The notes beneath the pieces are model-generated. The model had not been told where the DNA came from and searched no databases. It saw only the letters and a program-made list of their open reading frames with translations. Shown in pieces: positions 11,258 through 23,522 of a stretch of DNA of 64,000 bases; positions within the stretch are counted from its first letter, which is position 1; every line of letters begins with the position of its first letter. A program made the translations under genes and the position numbers. The DNA comes from Babesia bigemina (taxonomy: Eukaryota), in NCBI RefSeq assembly GCF_000981445.1, contig NC_027216.1, forward strand, positions 2,108,001 to 2,172,000, given 5' to 3'.

Positions 11258-13007
11258 TCACCCAGAAGTGCGCTGCTCACGCATTCTCTGGGTTATTTCG
11301 TCCTCTCGTCTTTGATTTTCCTCTCGCCTTCTCCTTTCCTCTTCATCTGACATCAACCCTTCAGATTCATCGCTCCTAGGTGTTCCTAAGTGCGCATCTT
11401 TCTGCACCGGCTCTTCTTCCTCTTCCTCTGGTTGCACTTCTATTTCCACTTTCCCACCTTTGCTTGTTGGCATTTCGATTGCCACCTCGCTTGGTTTTTC
11501 TTCAACTGCCACCTCTTCTTTTTTCCTCTTCATTTCTCGCTGCTTTTCTGCTACAGCTTTATGCCATACTTTATTTTTTTCTTCAATTATCGGCCTTTCC
11601 TTTTTATATGTAAAAATCAATGCAATATAGCACGCTATGTTGAGCAGTGATCCTATAACGATCATGTACATGGTCGACTTCCTCAGGGCCTCGGTGTTGT
11701 TCTCTTTGAGATCTGCGTCCATGTCATCAATTGTCTGTGTTGACGGGGCGTAACCAAGCAGCTTCTCCGACACGTACGCGAAGATCTCCACAAAACTGAC
11801 GCTAATTGAAATACCCGATATGCATTGGATTAGGGCGGATGCGCTGGCCTGGTACTTGTCTTCAATTGCTTTCCTCATAATAGGTCTATCCACGCCGCCA
11901 ACAGTAACCAAGGTCACCCCAAGAATCGCAAACTCTACGTAATGATACCACATCAAGCGCCCATCTGGAGCAGGCGACACGAAGAACAACACGCAAACGA
12001 TTAGTCGCACGCCCATCACGACGATACCGGCAATCATCTCGCCATAATCCGTGTGCAAGCTTGCAATTTTTTCGAGAACTATTCCTCCAGCTGCAGTCCC
12101 TGCTGCGCCGCCAATCGTTGTGACCAATATCGCGATTCCCACATTCTTGTCAGACACTCCCAAGTACTCCAGATAAGTGATCATGTACGGCAGACTGCAC
12201 ATAGGGGCCTCCGCAATCAGCATCGTAAATATGGACAGAAAGGCAGTTCCACTCGTAAAAACAGCCTGAAACGCTCCGGACAATTGGGTGACAAAGTAGT
12301 TCACGGAGTCATACGGAGAGACCACCTCCTCCTTAGCTTGCAGTCCATATATAATCGCGATGCCAACCGAAATCCACATGTAACCCAACACGATGTACGA
12401 GATACGCCAGCCAACAAAACCCAACAGAACATTCTGAGCAGCCTCCGTGGTTATGGCGGCGCACAGCATACGGCCAATGCAATTCAACGCGTGAAGACGG
12501 GTGAACGTGCTGTTGCTGCTCTCATCACCCTCATCTTCTTCATCCGCAACAATCTTTTGTTGAACTGGGTAGATACAACCAAACGCCGCGCCGTGTAAGA
12601 AGCGCAAAAAGAGGATCTGCAGGACCATGATGAGTGCAACACTTCCAACCTACCGACGAGTACTTGGACGTGGAACTTAGCAGAATGGAGGCGATGCCCA
12701 TGAATAACAACCCCGCAGACATCACCAGGTTAGTCTCAAACGCGTCTGCTAGCAGCCCCCAAACTAGTGAGAAACACAGGCGTGACATGATAGACACGGT
12801 CATCAACATTGTCTGCTGCTGCTTGTTGAAGCCTAAACTGGACTCGAAGGTCCTAACACACAAGTACAACACCTGTTGCTCGTATCCTTCGGTGAAAGAC
12901 ACCAGGTGGTACAAAACCTCACCAAAGGCGCCATAGTCTGGACGTATTTTTTTCGGTGTCTCAGATTCTTTAGCTGCTTCCGAAGCTGAATCTACTGCGT
13001 CAGCCAT
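11258..13007 (-). CDS. MFS transporter, PAT/TFP-like, paralogue 2; exons 13007..12654 and 12616..11258
   Basis: 37-nt GTAGGT..CTGCAG intron (12617..12653) at the same position as in the paralogues. Multi-TM core plus a long Glu/Lys/Arg-rich C-terminal tail. Confidence 0.9.
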
Positions 13008-15318
13008 TGTCACGAATTCACCTTTGTGATGCTCACAAGCGTATCACGTTGGTCACATGGTCAAAATGAGTATTTTATTCACTGCGATGAATGCGTATGA
13101 AGTCCTAGTACGCAAAGCACGTCTAATCACGAAGTCAAACATTACAAGGGCGATACTCAAATGGCGATCTACCAATCCTATAGCCTTTATACAATGGTAT
13201 AACCATACAACAACCAGACGTTTCTCTATAACGGGACCCGGTGCCTCAAAGGAGGAAGCGCAAGTGCGGCACCAACCGCAAGTTGCCGGAACCAATAGGC
13301 GAGCTAAGACATCCAAATGACAGTTAATTAATAGAAGTTTCCAATGTTCGGAACAGTGTCAAGACGGAGGGGTGTTTGGGCGCCCCTGGGTATTAAGCTG
13401 TCTGCGAGTGTGTGCCACGCTCAGCAGTCGGAAGAAGTAGACACGGAGCTTGAGATCTACACATCAGAACCGGTAGCTGATAGCCACTCTTATTATTTGA
13501 ATGACCTTACGTGGGACTGGTTGATTAGGATAAGTCACTGGTGAGGGCTAACGGAGCAGAACCCGGCGGGCAGCACTCGCATGTATCACTGAGAATTTTA
13601 TCTATGAAGCAATTGCGATGCATTATATAACTTAAAGACGATGTGCACGTAGAGCAAATCAGAAACAGATGGTCTGTGCAATGTAATCACGCCTTTTCTA
13701 AAGCTCAGACGCGGGAGCATCACCGAACCATTTCGTTTATGAGCACATGAAGTCTGCAAGGCTACAGTAACCACGCAGCAGTAGTAAACCAGTTCGTTGT
13801 AAAACAATGAATGTGCCCATGAAAAATAGACAAAAGGTATTGGCGGCTAACGCTGTCACCAATGATTACACCCGAAATGAGCCTGTCGAACGCTCCAAGC
13901 TGATTTGCATCATCTTCCAGAATGTGTGTCAATGAATATAACACTTCTGAGACAGAAGCATAGAACCTACAGCTGCTAGTACTTCCCAGTCTATTTAATG
14001 GGTATGTCATACTCCCGATGTCTGTATAATGTTTCTCACATTTACTGAATGAAACCGCATAAGCATTACATGATGTACAAAATATATTTGAACAACGCTA
14101 CCCGGGTTTTCCCAACTGATTAGCGGAGTCTTAGCCCCCAGTCAGGGGACAGCGCAGTAATGCGCGCTTATGATGCCAAAATGGGTCCAATATGTTGTTA
14201 CATAATGCATTCAGCCGTAAAACAAATGCTTCTACCAAAAATATGATACATATAATGATGCTTGGGCGATTGCAAAATACAAACATGTGAGAACGAGGTG
14301 CCCATTTGGATAGATGTATGGCCCGAGTTGTTAATGCTGGTTCGCAACAAGTCTGCGTGACTTCCATGCGTTGTTGAACATTTATACGCGCGGTATTAGT
14401 CTAATGCATCGGGTCATATAGAGATTGCCTTTAAATCGTCCATGAACTGTTGTCGCGGTGAATTCCTCATCCACGCTAAGGTGAAAACGTTAAAAATACC
14501 ATACCTTGGGAGTCCATATTCTTCCACCTCACCATGTATAGGACCAGATAATAACAATTCTACAACTTTGTGCCTGCTTCGAAGCCAAAGTTTGATTTAC
14601 CAATCAGCTGCGTCGTTTTTCATGAATTAGAGTTCATACTCAAACCATGCTGTCACGTCAATATAACTGCTGATCAGTAATGAAATAGCACTAGGTGACG
14701 CCGATATTGCTTCTCGGTTGTAAGGTTGGCGGGAGTCGAAGAACACGGTGACCCATTGGAGAACAACTGACAAGAGGTGAATGGGGGCGGCTTCAACCTA
14801 TGGAGATGAACGATGATGGCAGATATAAATACGCAAATCAAAAAGTGGAGACACCATATATTATTAACAGTCAGTCATTTAGAAAACATTCACAATCACA
14901 GTTAAACCAGCCTCATTTTCATTTAGGTCATCCAGAATAACTGCCATATTGTTTAATTTCTAACCGTCGTTGTCATTTGCGCAGTTGGCAACATATTTAC
15001 ACGTCAGACAGCACCACGGACTAAAATCAGAAATTTTCGCACCGCATTTCCGGTTTTCACAACATTGACAGACATATTCTCCACATAAGCAACATAGCCG
15101 TATGTGACAATAAATCGTCTAGTTGGTGATATATGCCGTTGTGAGATTAATTTCCAAGTTACCTTACGCAGCAGTGAAAGTCCTGATTGAAAGGCTTTAT
15201 GATCGCCGACACCCTTACTGAGACATCTCTCTACTCGGCAAGCGTAATCTACAAATTGCAGCATATTAATTCTAAAGATGCCTTCTCCAATTTCAACTTC
15301 AAATATGAATACCGTAAA

Positions 15319-15660
15319 CTTCATTACTCCCCCGACCCCGCCTGCCTCCTCTGCCAGCTGCGTGACTACGTGTACGCCTGCCACCACCAGTTGGAGTTCC
15401 TGAAGGCGCAGTGTAATCGGTATGAATCTCATGGTGGTTGGCAAGATTGTAACTATGGCAGTGATCCTAAGACATCATCCCCCCTCCAGTCCTTCCTGAC
15501 TGACGGCTGGGACTCCATCTTCAAGACGCACCCCTTCGACCCGTGCAACCTGTGCCTCAAGAGCCGGGTCAGGATGGGATTCAGGACGGAGGATTTGCCT
15601 AAAACATCGCAACAGGGCAGTGTCATTTCCACCATCCTCACTCCCAGCTCCGGCGGTGAG
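15319..15660 (+). pseudogene. Isolated internal fragment of a ves1 (variant erythrocyte surface antigen) gene
   Basis: GC-rich block in AT-rich flanks encoding HYSPDPACLLCQLRDYVYAC..QLEFLKAQC..GGWQDC..SPLQSFLTD..THPFDPCNLCLKSRVRMGF, motifs I recognise from B. bigemina-type VESA1. No ATG start or continuation. Confidence 0.8.
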
Positions 15661-15948
15661 GGCCATGATGCGCTGCTCGACACAAAATAGTAATTATAGC
15701 TATAAGCGGTAATATGGTGCTTTGTGGTACAGTATTGATTAAATGTATTAGGGCGTGGTCCTAAGTGTCATGGTGTACAAGAAAATTATGAAGCAGCAAT
15801 AACAGCATCGCAAGACCACTGGTTATACAACAGGCTTTATGTGACCATATTCACAACAACCGTGTTAATGATTGGATCAAATAATCACATTAAAACCGGA
15901 TGTGACATGGCACCAGTGAGACTATGTGGACTGGGTGAGACTATGAGA

Positions 15949-16155
15949 TCAGTGGAGTGAAGGCTTGGAACCACGGAACCCGTCCCGTATTTGGCCGAAT
16001 ATCTCTCCGAGGCTTACGTTATATATCCGACCCATGATGTAAAGGACCAAGATAACGAGGGCTGGGAATACGATGATGCCGATGGCAATACTACCGGCTA
16101 CACATATAGTGCACATTCCATTTTTGCAACTAGGATCGCTGCAAAGCTTTACCAT
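15949..16155 (-). CDS. Small Cys-rich single-TM protein, subfamily B
   Basis: 68 aa from the ATG at 16155: MVKLCSDPSCKNGMCTICV, TM, LVLYI..GEIFGQIRDGFRGSKPSLH. Shares the KPSLH end with 6240..6500 and both 5' and 3' flank motifs with 3347..3631. Confidence 0.75.
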   Translation of the reverse strand: MVKLCSDPSCKNGMCTICVAGSIAIGIIVFPALVILVLYIMGRIYNVSLGEIFGQIRDGFRGSKPSLH

Positions 16156-18344
16156 CTTCAATTTGCTCTCACTTGTCTATCAACTCTGCACAGCAATTGA
16201 CAACCTACCACAACCCTAGTACCTCCTCAGCCAACTGACGATATACAATGCCTATACTCCCACCCCTACCACGCCATCCACCTTGTGCTGGGGCAAGAAT
16301 CATCCCACATTTTGCAACGCTAAGACACGTGAATATCTATTATCACCACATGTGGCGAGGCGCATGTTAATAATCAAGTAACATGCCCATCTTGACATTA
16401 CTGGCGTATCCCCTCTAGACGTACAAGCGGAAACCGATCCATTGCAACGTGCTGGCAAAGATTCATAATCTCAATTATCAGCACAGATGCGATGTCATAT
16501 ACCAACCCCCACTCCATGCCGGAGCAGTTAAGAATTCATGATTGCCATACATAATTCACGGAGCGGTGTTTCAACTTGAAAGTGCCGTTACACCATGTCG
16601 ATACACTCTTGATAGCACCTCCGCGTCAATCCGTCCAGCAGCTTGCATTGCCTCCGGGGCAGGGGTGCCTTCTAACTGGTGAGGGGTGACCTGCATGTTG
16701 ATTCTCCCCAGCTTGCTCCAGCTGCTCCCTCCATCGGACAACGGCGTGGCCGTAGCCTTTGCATCCGGAATGCTCTTATGGAGTCTCAATCTGTTTCGTA
16801 CGGGCACCGTTTAATCTGTATTGCGGGCTACTAGTACGCCTGTCCGCAAGTCCATAGCTTGTCCCATCCCCTCCGCGTCGCTACCGGTCTCCGACTCCAT
16901 GACTTAGTCCACCTGCTACACGGACCTCTTTCCGTAGTATGTCGTGGTGAGCCTCTCCCCCTGGGCTAATGCGGGGATCGTTCCCTGGCCTTGACTGTGG
17001 GGTGGCCCTGTTGTCCGGCCTCTCCGCTTTCTTTCCACACTTAGGGCCATGTCCACTCCTTCGGTGCGTCTGCAGAAACTCGTTATTTCGACACATATTG
17101 AAATTGCGTTTACCTTGTTGCTCTGGGTCGTATTAGACATTGAATCTAAACTTGCCGATTTATCCATCCACCCGAGGTCACCTGCTCCGTGCCCAAAGGA
17201 ATGTGACAGATAGGAACATGACATTGCTTGTGTCTAGTATTCTCTGGTTATGTGTTTCGAGTCACCGTATATGGTACCTGATACGTCGAGGAGAATGTCA
17301 CTCCGTACTGACACCGAGTTGATTGTTGCAGCAAAGAGGAACGTGGCGCAACAGCAAAATCATGAGGCGCCATCCCCAGCTTTGTACGCTGTGATTAGGT
17401 GAGACGTTGCGCCACTTCAACTGATGGTTGTACCTGTTGTTGAACTAGTCAATGAGAATTGATGAGTGGCTAAGGCCGACCAATGTACCCAATATACATG
17501 ACACGAAGCGATTGGGTGAGTTGATGAAATGTGGCATAAATACACCGGTACCAGTCTAATGTATCTGAGCTATGAGTTCTTGGGCGTCTTATCATGATCT
17601 TCTTCGAAATCCGCGGCAATGGTTTGGCGCAGTCCACACCTCACTCAGCCGAAGCCGTCATTCACTTCACTAAGGCACATAGATCCCAAACGTAGGAATA
17701 AGGTGGAGATGCGCGTTGACATATCATCATTCACTACAGCAATGTTGATGCGGCGCTAGCTCATTGATCACGGAGGACCCAAGCAAGGCAGTGCGTAACA
17801 AGGTGGATTGTGAAGCTGGGTGGCTGGTCGGTCACCCACGTTGGTATCTTTCAACTACCGTGCTAGGTGAATCCGAGACCTACGTGTTAGCTGATTTGAT
17901 GGCACGAGATAACGATTGGATCCGTGGATAGGCGACGGCTTAGGCACTGATAGGCTAGATGGCCAGTGAACAGCTGAGTGACGTGATATGGATGCCAACG
18001 GCGTAAACAATAAACATAATAACAACGCTTTGTGGTTCAGCCATGAACTGCTCCGCAAGCAAACGTGATGGCATTCATAAGCGGCTGCGCCAAATTTGTA
18101 CCGTCCTTGATGGACGGAGTTGGCTGATCGACTGGCACCGGTCAACCCGCATGCCACGGCAAAAATGGTATCAACATGCGTTAATGAAGTAGTATTGCGT
18201 CGTGATTTAACTGGCGGCGCGCTGAATGGCGGTCGTACGGTTGGTCGTGGACCGCCGATGGGAGATGCCTTGGTGGCACAACTCTTCGCGGCTTGACGCA
18301 CGCGTTTCACGCTAGTGCAGGTTGATGAAAAGTAAGAGGGAAAG

Positions 18345-18722
18345 ATGCGAGGTAAGTGTAGATGTGGAAATGATTGTGACTTGCTTGCTTGTATGTGCTG
18401 TCTCACCTGTTGTGAAGGATGCACAAGTGCAGACTGCATTAATTGTGTCATGGCGAATCAGTGGGGAAACAACAAATATCAATGTGCGCCTGAGACCTGT
18501 CGGGTCGTATGTAAGAGGAGGGACATCTGTAGTTGTAATTGTTGTAAACGTGAACGTCCACGCTCCGCCACCGCTGCTATGTCTTCCCCCGGCGCCGCAT
18601 ATTCTACCGGTCTAATTGCCCCCTTGATAGTATTCGTCGCCCTCATCATCCTCGTAATCTGCGTCATGATCTACTTCCGCGTCCGGCCGTTTCACAGGGT
18701 GCGGTATCTAATGCGCAGCTAA
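18345..18722 (+). CDS. Small Cys-rich single-TM protein, subfamily A
   Basis: 125-aa ATG ORF: Cys-rich N-terminus, TM, tail VICVMIYFRVRPFHRVRYLMRS almost identical to that of 1415..1861. Confidence 0.8.
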   Translation: MRGKCRCGNDCDLLACMCCLTCCEGCTSADCINCVMANQWGNNKYQCAPETCRVVCKRRDICSCNCCKRERPRSATAAMSSPGAAYSTGLIAPLIVFVALIILVICVMIYFRVRPFHRVRYLMRS

Positions 18723-19922
18723 TCACGGTTCGCATCGCGTTTAATGATTATGTCTAACGTATTATCGCACTGCATTATGGATTAACGACATAATGCCAAT
18801 CTAGCATCGTATTATTTAATGTTCCATAATCTTGTATCGGCTAAAACTCGGCGGCACTTTCATGTATTATATGCAGACAATATCGGATGCACATTGGCAA
18901 ATGCAACAAGATGACCTTTTATGCGTCCTTTCCGGACTTTTCTGCAGGCTCAATGTTCGTGCATATTTTGCCTTTTCATTCGGGACCCCCGCTCTTGTGC
19001 CTCTCAAACTCACTCAACCGGGGACTGCCGATCTCAGTCAACTTTTCACATTCCGTTTACAGTCCATTAAAGAGCTGAGTATTACTTTTGTCATATTTCT
19101 AACAGTACAGTCGTCACTAGCCTACTTTACAGCCAATTTGTAGAGGGTTTGCACAACTCCCTACAGCCCATCGATTGCGTGTTTAACTCCCTACAGCGAG
19201 GGTCTTCGGACATGCCTGGGCAATTTTGTGAGTAGCTTGCATAACTGAGTAACACGTCTCAGCTATTCGAACTGCACATCATGACGCAAGTGAGGGACTT
19301 TCACATGGCCGTTTGTGAGATCCGAAAATGTGACTAACAGAGGGGTGGATGATACCCATGGGAATCATTGTGACGTAACATCAAATAATACCGTATGAGG
19401 TGAGGTGTACTATTGTATGAATCGGCGATTTGAGCTGATGCTTTGTCGTGTGTTGCCGATCTTATTGTCGTACTTGCTTACAGGAACAAGATAACGGGTG
19501 TGGACGGGTTAGGCTCAGAGTGCATCAAGGGTACTGGAAGTTTTCAAATTAACTTACGCATACATTGCATATGACTCACGCCACAATGTGAATGGATTGA
19601 CGCTAATACCTTGATGGGGGCTTTGACAGGTACACAGAGGCGCTATGTGGAGTGGATATGGGTGAGAACGTTACGGGGAAGAACAGGACCAACCGATCGA
19701 CATTACGGATGCTTGGCGTACATTGCATGTATCAAAACATGTGAGCTGCCATCAAAGTGGTGCGCAAAAGAGCGGCTTCGAAGGAGCCACTGAGTACACC
19801 AACGTCAGGCGCGCAACTGTTAGTTATTGCTGTGTACGACACACAACACTAGTTAAAAGGCGGCAATAAGTTAGCATTAACGTGTGTTGCCACTACATTG
19901 CGATGTTAAAAATCTACGTCTT

Positions 19923-20966
19923 CTACGCCAAGCCAGCGTATATCCTTGGACGGAAGGCGGGGTAGCGGTCAATGTTCGTCTCCTCGGGAATTGTGTCACC
20001 GACAAGAGTATTCAGGGATCTACCGGAATGAACTGGCGAACTGGCAAAAGTGGCGCGTATTTTAGTCATTATCGCGCGGAACTTCTCGGGAAATATGGCC
20101 CGCAGCACAAACAAGGATGCTAAAATAATCAAGCCTATGACTATAACACGTATCCAATTCATACATCTATCTTGGTCGCACAGCCTGCCGCAGTTGGTGC
20201 ACTTGAAGCGGCATTGCCCAATGCCGTAGAAGATTATGTTGCACTTGCTAATGTCGCATCCTTTGCTGTTGGCTTTGTGGTCCTTGCAGTAGTACTTGCC
20301 ATAGGCGTTGCAGTTGCACTTGCATTCGCAGGTACAGTCACTGTTAGATTTGCAGCATGTGCCTGGTTTACCGGTGGATTCTTTGCCTCTTTTATCGGCG
20401 CACAAGATCCTGGGGCATTTCTGTTCACATCTACATTTGCAGACACATTCGCCATTGTGCTTTGCTCGTACGCCCATATCATCGCACATGCAATTAACAG
20501 TGGAGCAGTCACCGGGCTTTTGTTTGCACTGTCCTTTTGGGCACTTATCGCCGTGTTTTTCTTCGGTGTCGCATTTTCCCTTTCCTGGGCATGTGGTGAC
20601 TGGATTACACCGTTTACAGCACTGACAATTTACGCCATTGCATCCACAGTTACAGAGGTAGCATATACATCTGCCACCTACTTCTACATTTTGGCATTTA
20701 TCCTTGCACCGTTGACAAGAGCTCTCAGAGCACTTTTTTGTGCTTCCTTTAACCCCCTCATCATTACGACATTCACAGCCACATAGGCTACATTTACATA
20801 CGCCGTCTTCCACATCTTTGCATAATGTTATGCACCCTGTGCATCCAGGGCCACAGCAAGAATAGCACTTCGGACAATCCGTATCCGAGCAAATCCCTTT
20901 TACGTGATCTTTAGGAAACTTTGTATCACATCCACACGTGTTCGTCGCCTTCCCCGCCGCCGCCAT
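19923..20966 (-). CDS. Cys/Lys-rich single-TM protein (347 aa), subfamily C
   Basis: About 56 Cys (hand count) in CxC/CxCxC clusters over the first ~270 aa, a TM (IRVIVIGLIILASLFVLRAIF) and a ~50-aa tail. No signal peptide. Reminiscent of the Cys/Lys-rich domain of VESA1. Confidence 0.85.
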   Translation of the reverse strand: MAAAGKATNTCGCDTKFPKDHVKGICSDTDCPKCYSCCGPGCTGCITLCKDVEDGVCKCSLCGCECRNDEGVKGSTKKCSESSCQRCKDKCQNVEVGGRCICYLCNCGCNGVNCQCCKRCNPVTTCPGKGKCDTEEKHGDKCPKGQCKQKPGDCSTVNCMCDDMGVRAKHNGECVCKCRCEQKCPRILCADKRGKESTGKPGTCCKSNSDCTCECKCNCNAYGKYYCKDHKANSKGCDISKCNIIFYGIGQCRFKCTNCGRLCDQDRCMNWIRVIVIGLIILASLFVLRAIFPEKFRAIMTKIRATFASSPVHSGRSLNTLVGDTIPEETNIDRYPAFRPRIYAGLA

Positions 20967-22372
20967 CCTCCCCCGCTTTCATTCGCACGCCACCCACAGC
21001 AACATACTACAAATTTCAAAGCTCCGCCATGATTGAAAAAAATTGAGTTTACGGAGCGTAGATCCTCACATGCAAGGCGCTGTGCATCCAGCTGAGCATG
21101 CAAATTAAAACCGCAATCTCAGAGCAGTGACCGTGAGCATCCGCACCCACAACGTGCGTTGGCGACGATACTTAACAATGTGACGGCATAGGCAGTGCAC
21201 TATATAACATTGCATTTACTAATACATCTACATATCCATTTAGCTCACGGCACGCCACCGTACGATCGCCCCTGATTTGGTACAACCATTGCAGCATGTA
21301 ACCGCATATTGCAACGCATATGTACGATCCAGAACACGAACATCGAATACCAGCTGTCATTGATATATACCACCACCGTAATCCCGCCGTCCGACTTTTG
21401 CTAATGGAATGTCTTGCAGTGCTCTCAACATTGCATGAAATGATGCACTCGCACGTTATGACTCAGCAACTGCGTTGAGTGGTTGCACTGAGAACCTTCA
21501 AGGCTGTGATAATGAATGCTTAATACAAACGGCGGCGAGTGTCTGCAATGGGTATTACGAAAGTATGGTTTGGTTCACCTTAGTCATAATCGCCATCCGC
21601 CTACCTTACTAGCACATTAAACTTTAACAATAGCCGAGATGCGCAATAAGGGTTACAATACGTTACCTATTTCACATGTACGCCGTCGGTTGTGTTAAAT
21701 TCCGCCATGCTTTGCCCACCTCAACGTGACCTAAGTTACGCCCGTTGTTGGAGGTCCATGTTATCACATCATAAACATAAGATATCTATGAAGGTTTAAC
21801 AATATCATGTAGCCCATTGGTACGATTGTTCATAACAGTGTCTTCAGGAGCCGATATAACGCCTAATTTGGTGCCATCCACACTTATTCATAAGTTGTGT
21901 ACCAGATTAACGACGAGGTCGTCTCACGTTTTGTTTGGTGTCGCACTTTAAATATAATTCACCGTTATACCAGAGCATTTCATTATGATATCTCACAGTC
22001 ACATGTAACAGTAATAGAACAGATTGCAGTGCCCGCCATATATGCAATGGAGCGGCAACCCGCCTGACGTCAAGTTACACATTATTGCGAGTGCATTTAT
22101 ATACATGATATGGTTGATCAGTTATAATAACCAGCGCACACGTAGCTGATATATGAACATCTCAGAGCAAATTAATTATTACTAACCCGAGTTGCTTACA
22201 GACTAGGTATAGTACACCCCCGTAACAGGCCCACTCCGATACGGTCACTTCAATAAGACAATACTGGTTTAGCAGTGGAGATAGAAAGAATATCAATAAT
22301 CATGTTGTAACACGCGATTGCAGGCTGATACCTGTGTAAGCAGCGACGAAAAGCCACGATCCCCTCCGGGTT

Positions 22373-22953
22373 GATAATCACGAGGAAAAATGTAAAGAGG
22401 TAAAAGCGGGTAATAGATGTAAATGATTCCTCTGTAAATGTGGATGCAATGGCGTCAATTGTGGCTGCTGTACTTGGTGTGATTTTAACAACTGTCCTGG
22501 AGAATGCGACCGAGAGGACGAACACAGCGATCAGTGCAAGGAGAACAAGAACAGCAGGAACACTGAATATGAATCGGGCAAGCATTACTGTAAACTCCAG
22601 TTAGATGGCGAATGTCTCGGCAGAGAATGCAGCACATTCTACTACACCACCGGCAGATGCCGTGCGAAGTGCCAGTACTGCGGCACATTGTGCGGCCAAC
22701 ATGTGTTTTTCCTACAGTGCACTATAGGTGGCCCATCATTGGAATCATACTAGTCAACATCGTAGCATGGTTGATGTGGCGTGACAAGGCGCTGAAGGCA
22801 GTAGATAAGATGCGCCGCACCTTTGCTAATGGTCCTGAACTATTCAAAACACGCTGGATGGTACGAGGCACTGAAAAATTGAAACGTGGACAAACGCTAC
22901 TCCGATTCACGTTCAAGGAAAATGTAGCTTCACGTAGTCAACGCTTTCAATAG
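22373..22953 (+). pseudogene. Pseudogene paralogue of 19923..20966
   Basis: Hand translation KCKEVKAGNRCK*FLCKCGCNGVNCGCCTWC...GKHYCK...CSTFYYTTGRCRAKCQYCGTLCGQ, then a frameshift to WPIIGIILVNIVAWLMWRDKALKAVDKMRRTFANGP. It aligns with KCQNVEVGGRCICYLCNCGCNGVNCQCCKRC...GKYYCK...CRFKCTNCGRLCDQ...KIRATFASSP. TGA at 22424..22426. Confidence 0.85.
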
Positions 22954-23522
22954 ACCAGAAACTGCCGTATTAATGCAGTAATTTCCTTGAGATGTGCCTC
23001 ATAAGCAAGCTAGTGCTATTCAATGAAGATAAGGAACTTCTCCTGAGACTGATGTTTTTTGTTTTCCCCAACTTATCGCCCCGCTTGACCGTACCGCCTT
23101 CAGCGTATGCTAGACACGGCCACGTAGGGTTGTTAAGAGTAGCTATGCTATGGACCACCTGATTAGATCGTACGACTTCTCGTAGTAATCCTATTGGTGA
23201 AATCACATTTTGCAAGGGTAGACGAATTCGCACCAGTTTTTCGCTTTAATCCACATACTGGGGATTACGTATACAGACAAAACCAGAAATTCTGTGATTG
23301 GCGTAAGAAATGCCATTCGTAAAAGTTTAGAACCTCCAGCATCGTGCTCAGCGTCACCTTGCACCGCTGTTGCATACATTAACCTCATTAGTTACTAATC
23401 AGCTAATGTAGCTTGACGTGGACAGTCAGTGCGGAATTGGCAAAGTAGCAGGTCACTAGCGCAGCCCTGTTGTGGTAGTGCACCATAGGGTTGGCTGGTA
23501 GGTCCCCTACTATGCACTTTTA

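Noticed and set aside
16571..17224. GC-richer short ORFs in the spacer between 16155 and 18345
   Set aside because: No recognisable homology or consistent frame. May be decayed coding DNA, but this cannot be supported.
19155..19197. 13-bp direct repeat AACTCCCTACAGC at 30-bp spacing
   Set aside because: Only two copies. Not a CRISPR array or satellite, and no supporting context.
20172..20786. Hydrophobic 204-aa plus ORF (likewise 22250..22585 minus)
   Set aside because: Antisense of Cys/Lys codons gives Ala/Phe/Thr-rich shadows of the real gene and pseudogene.
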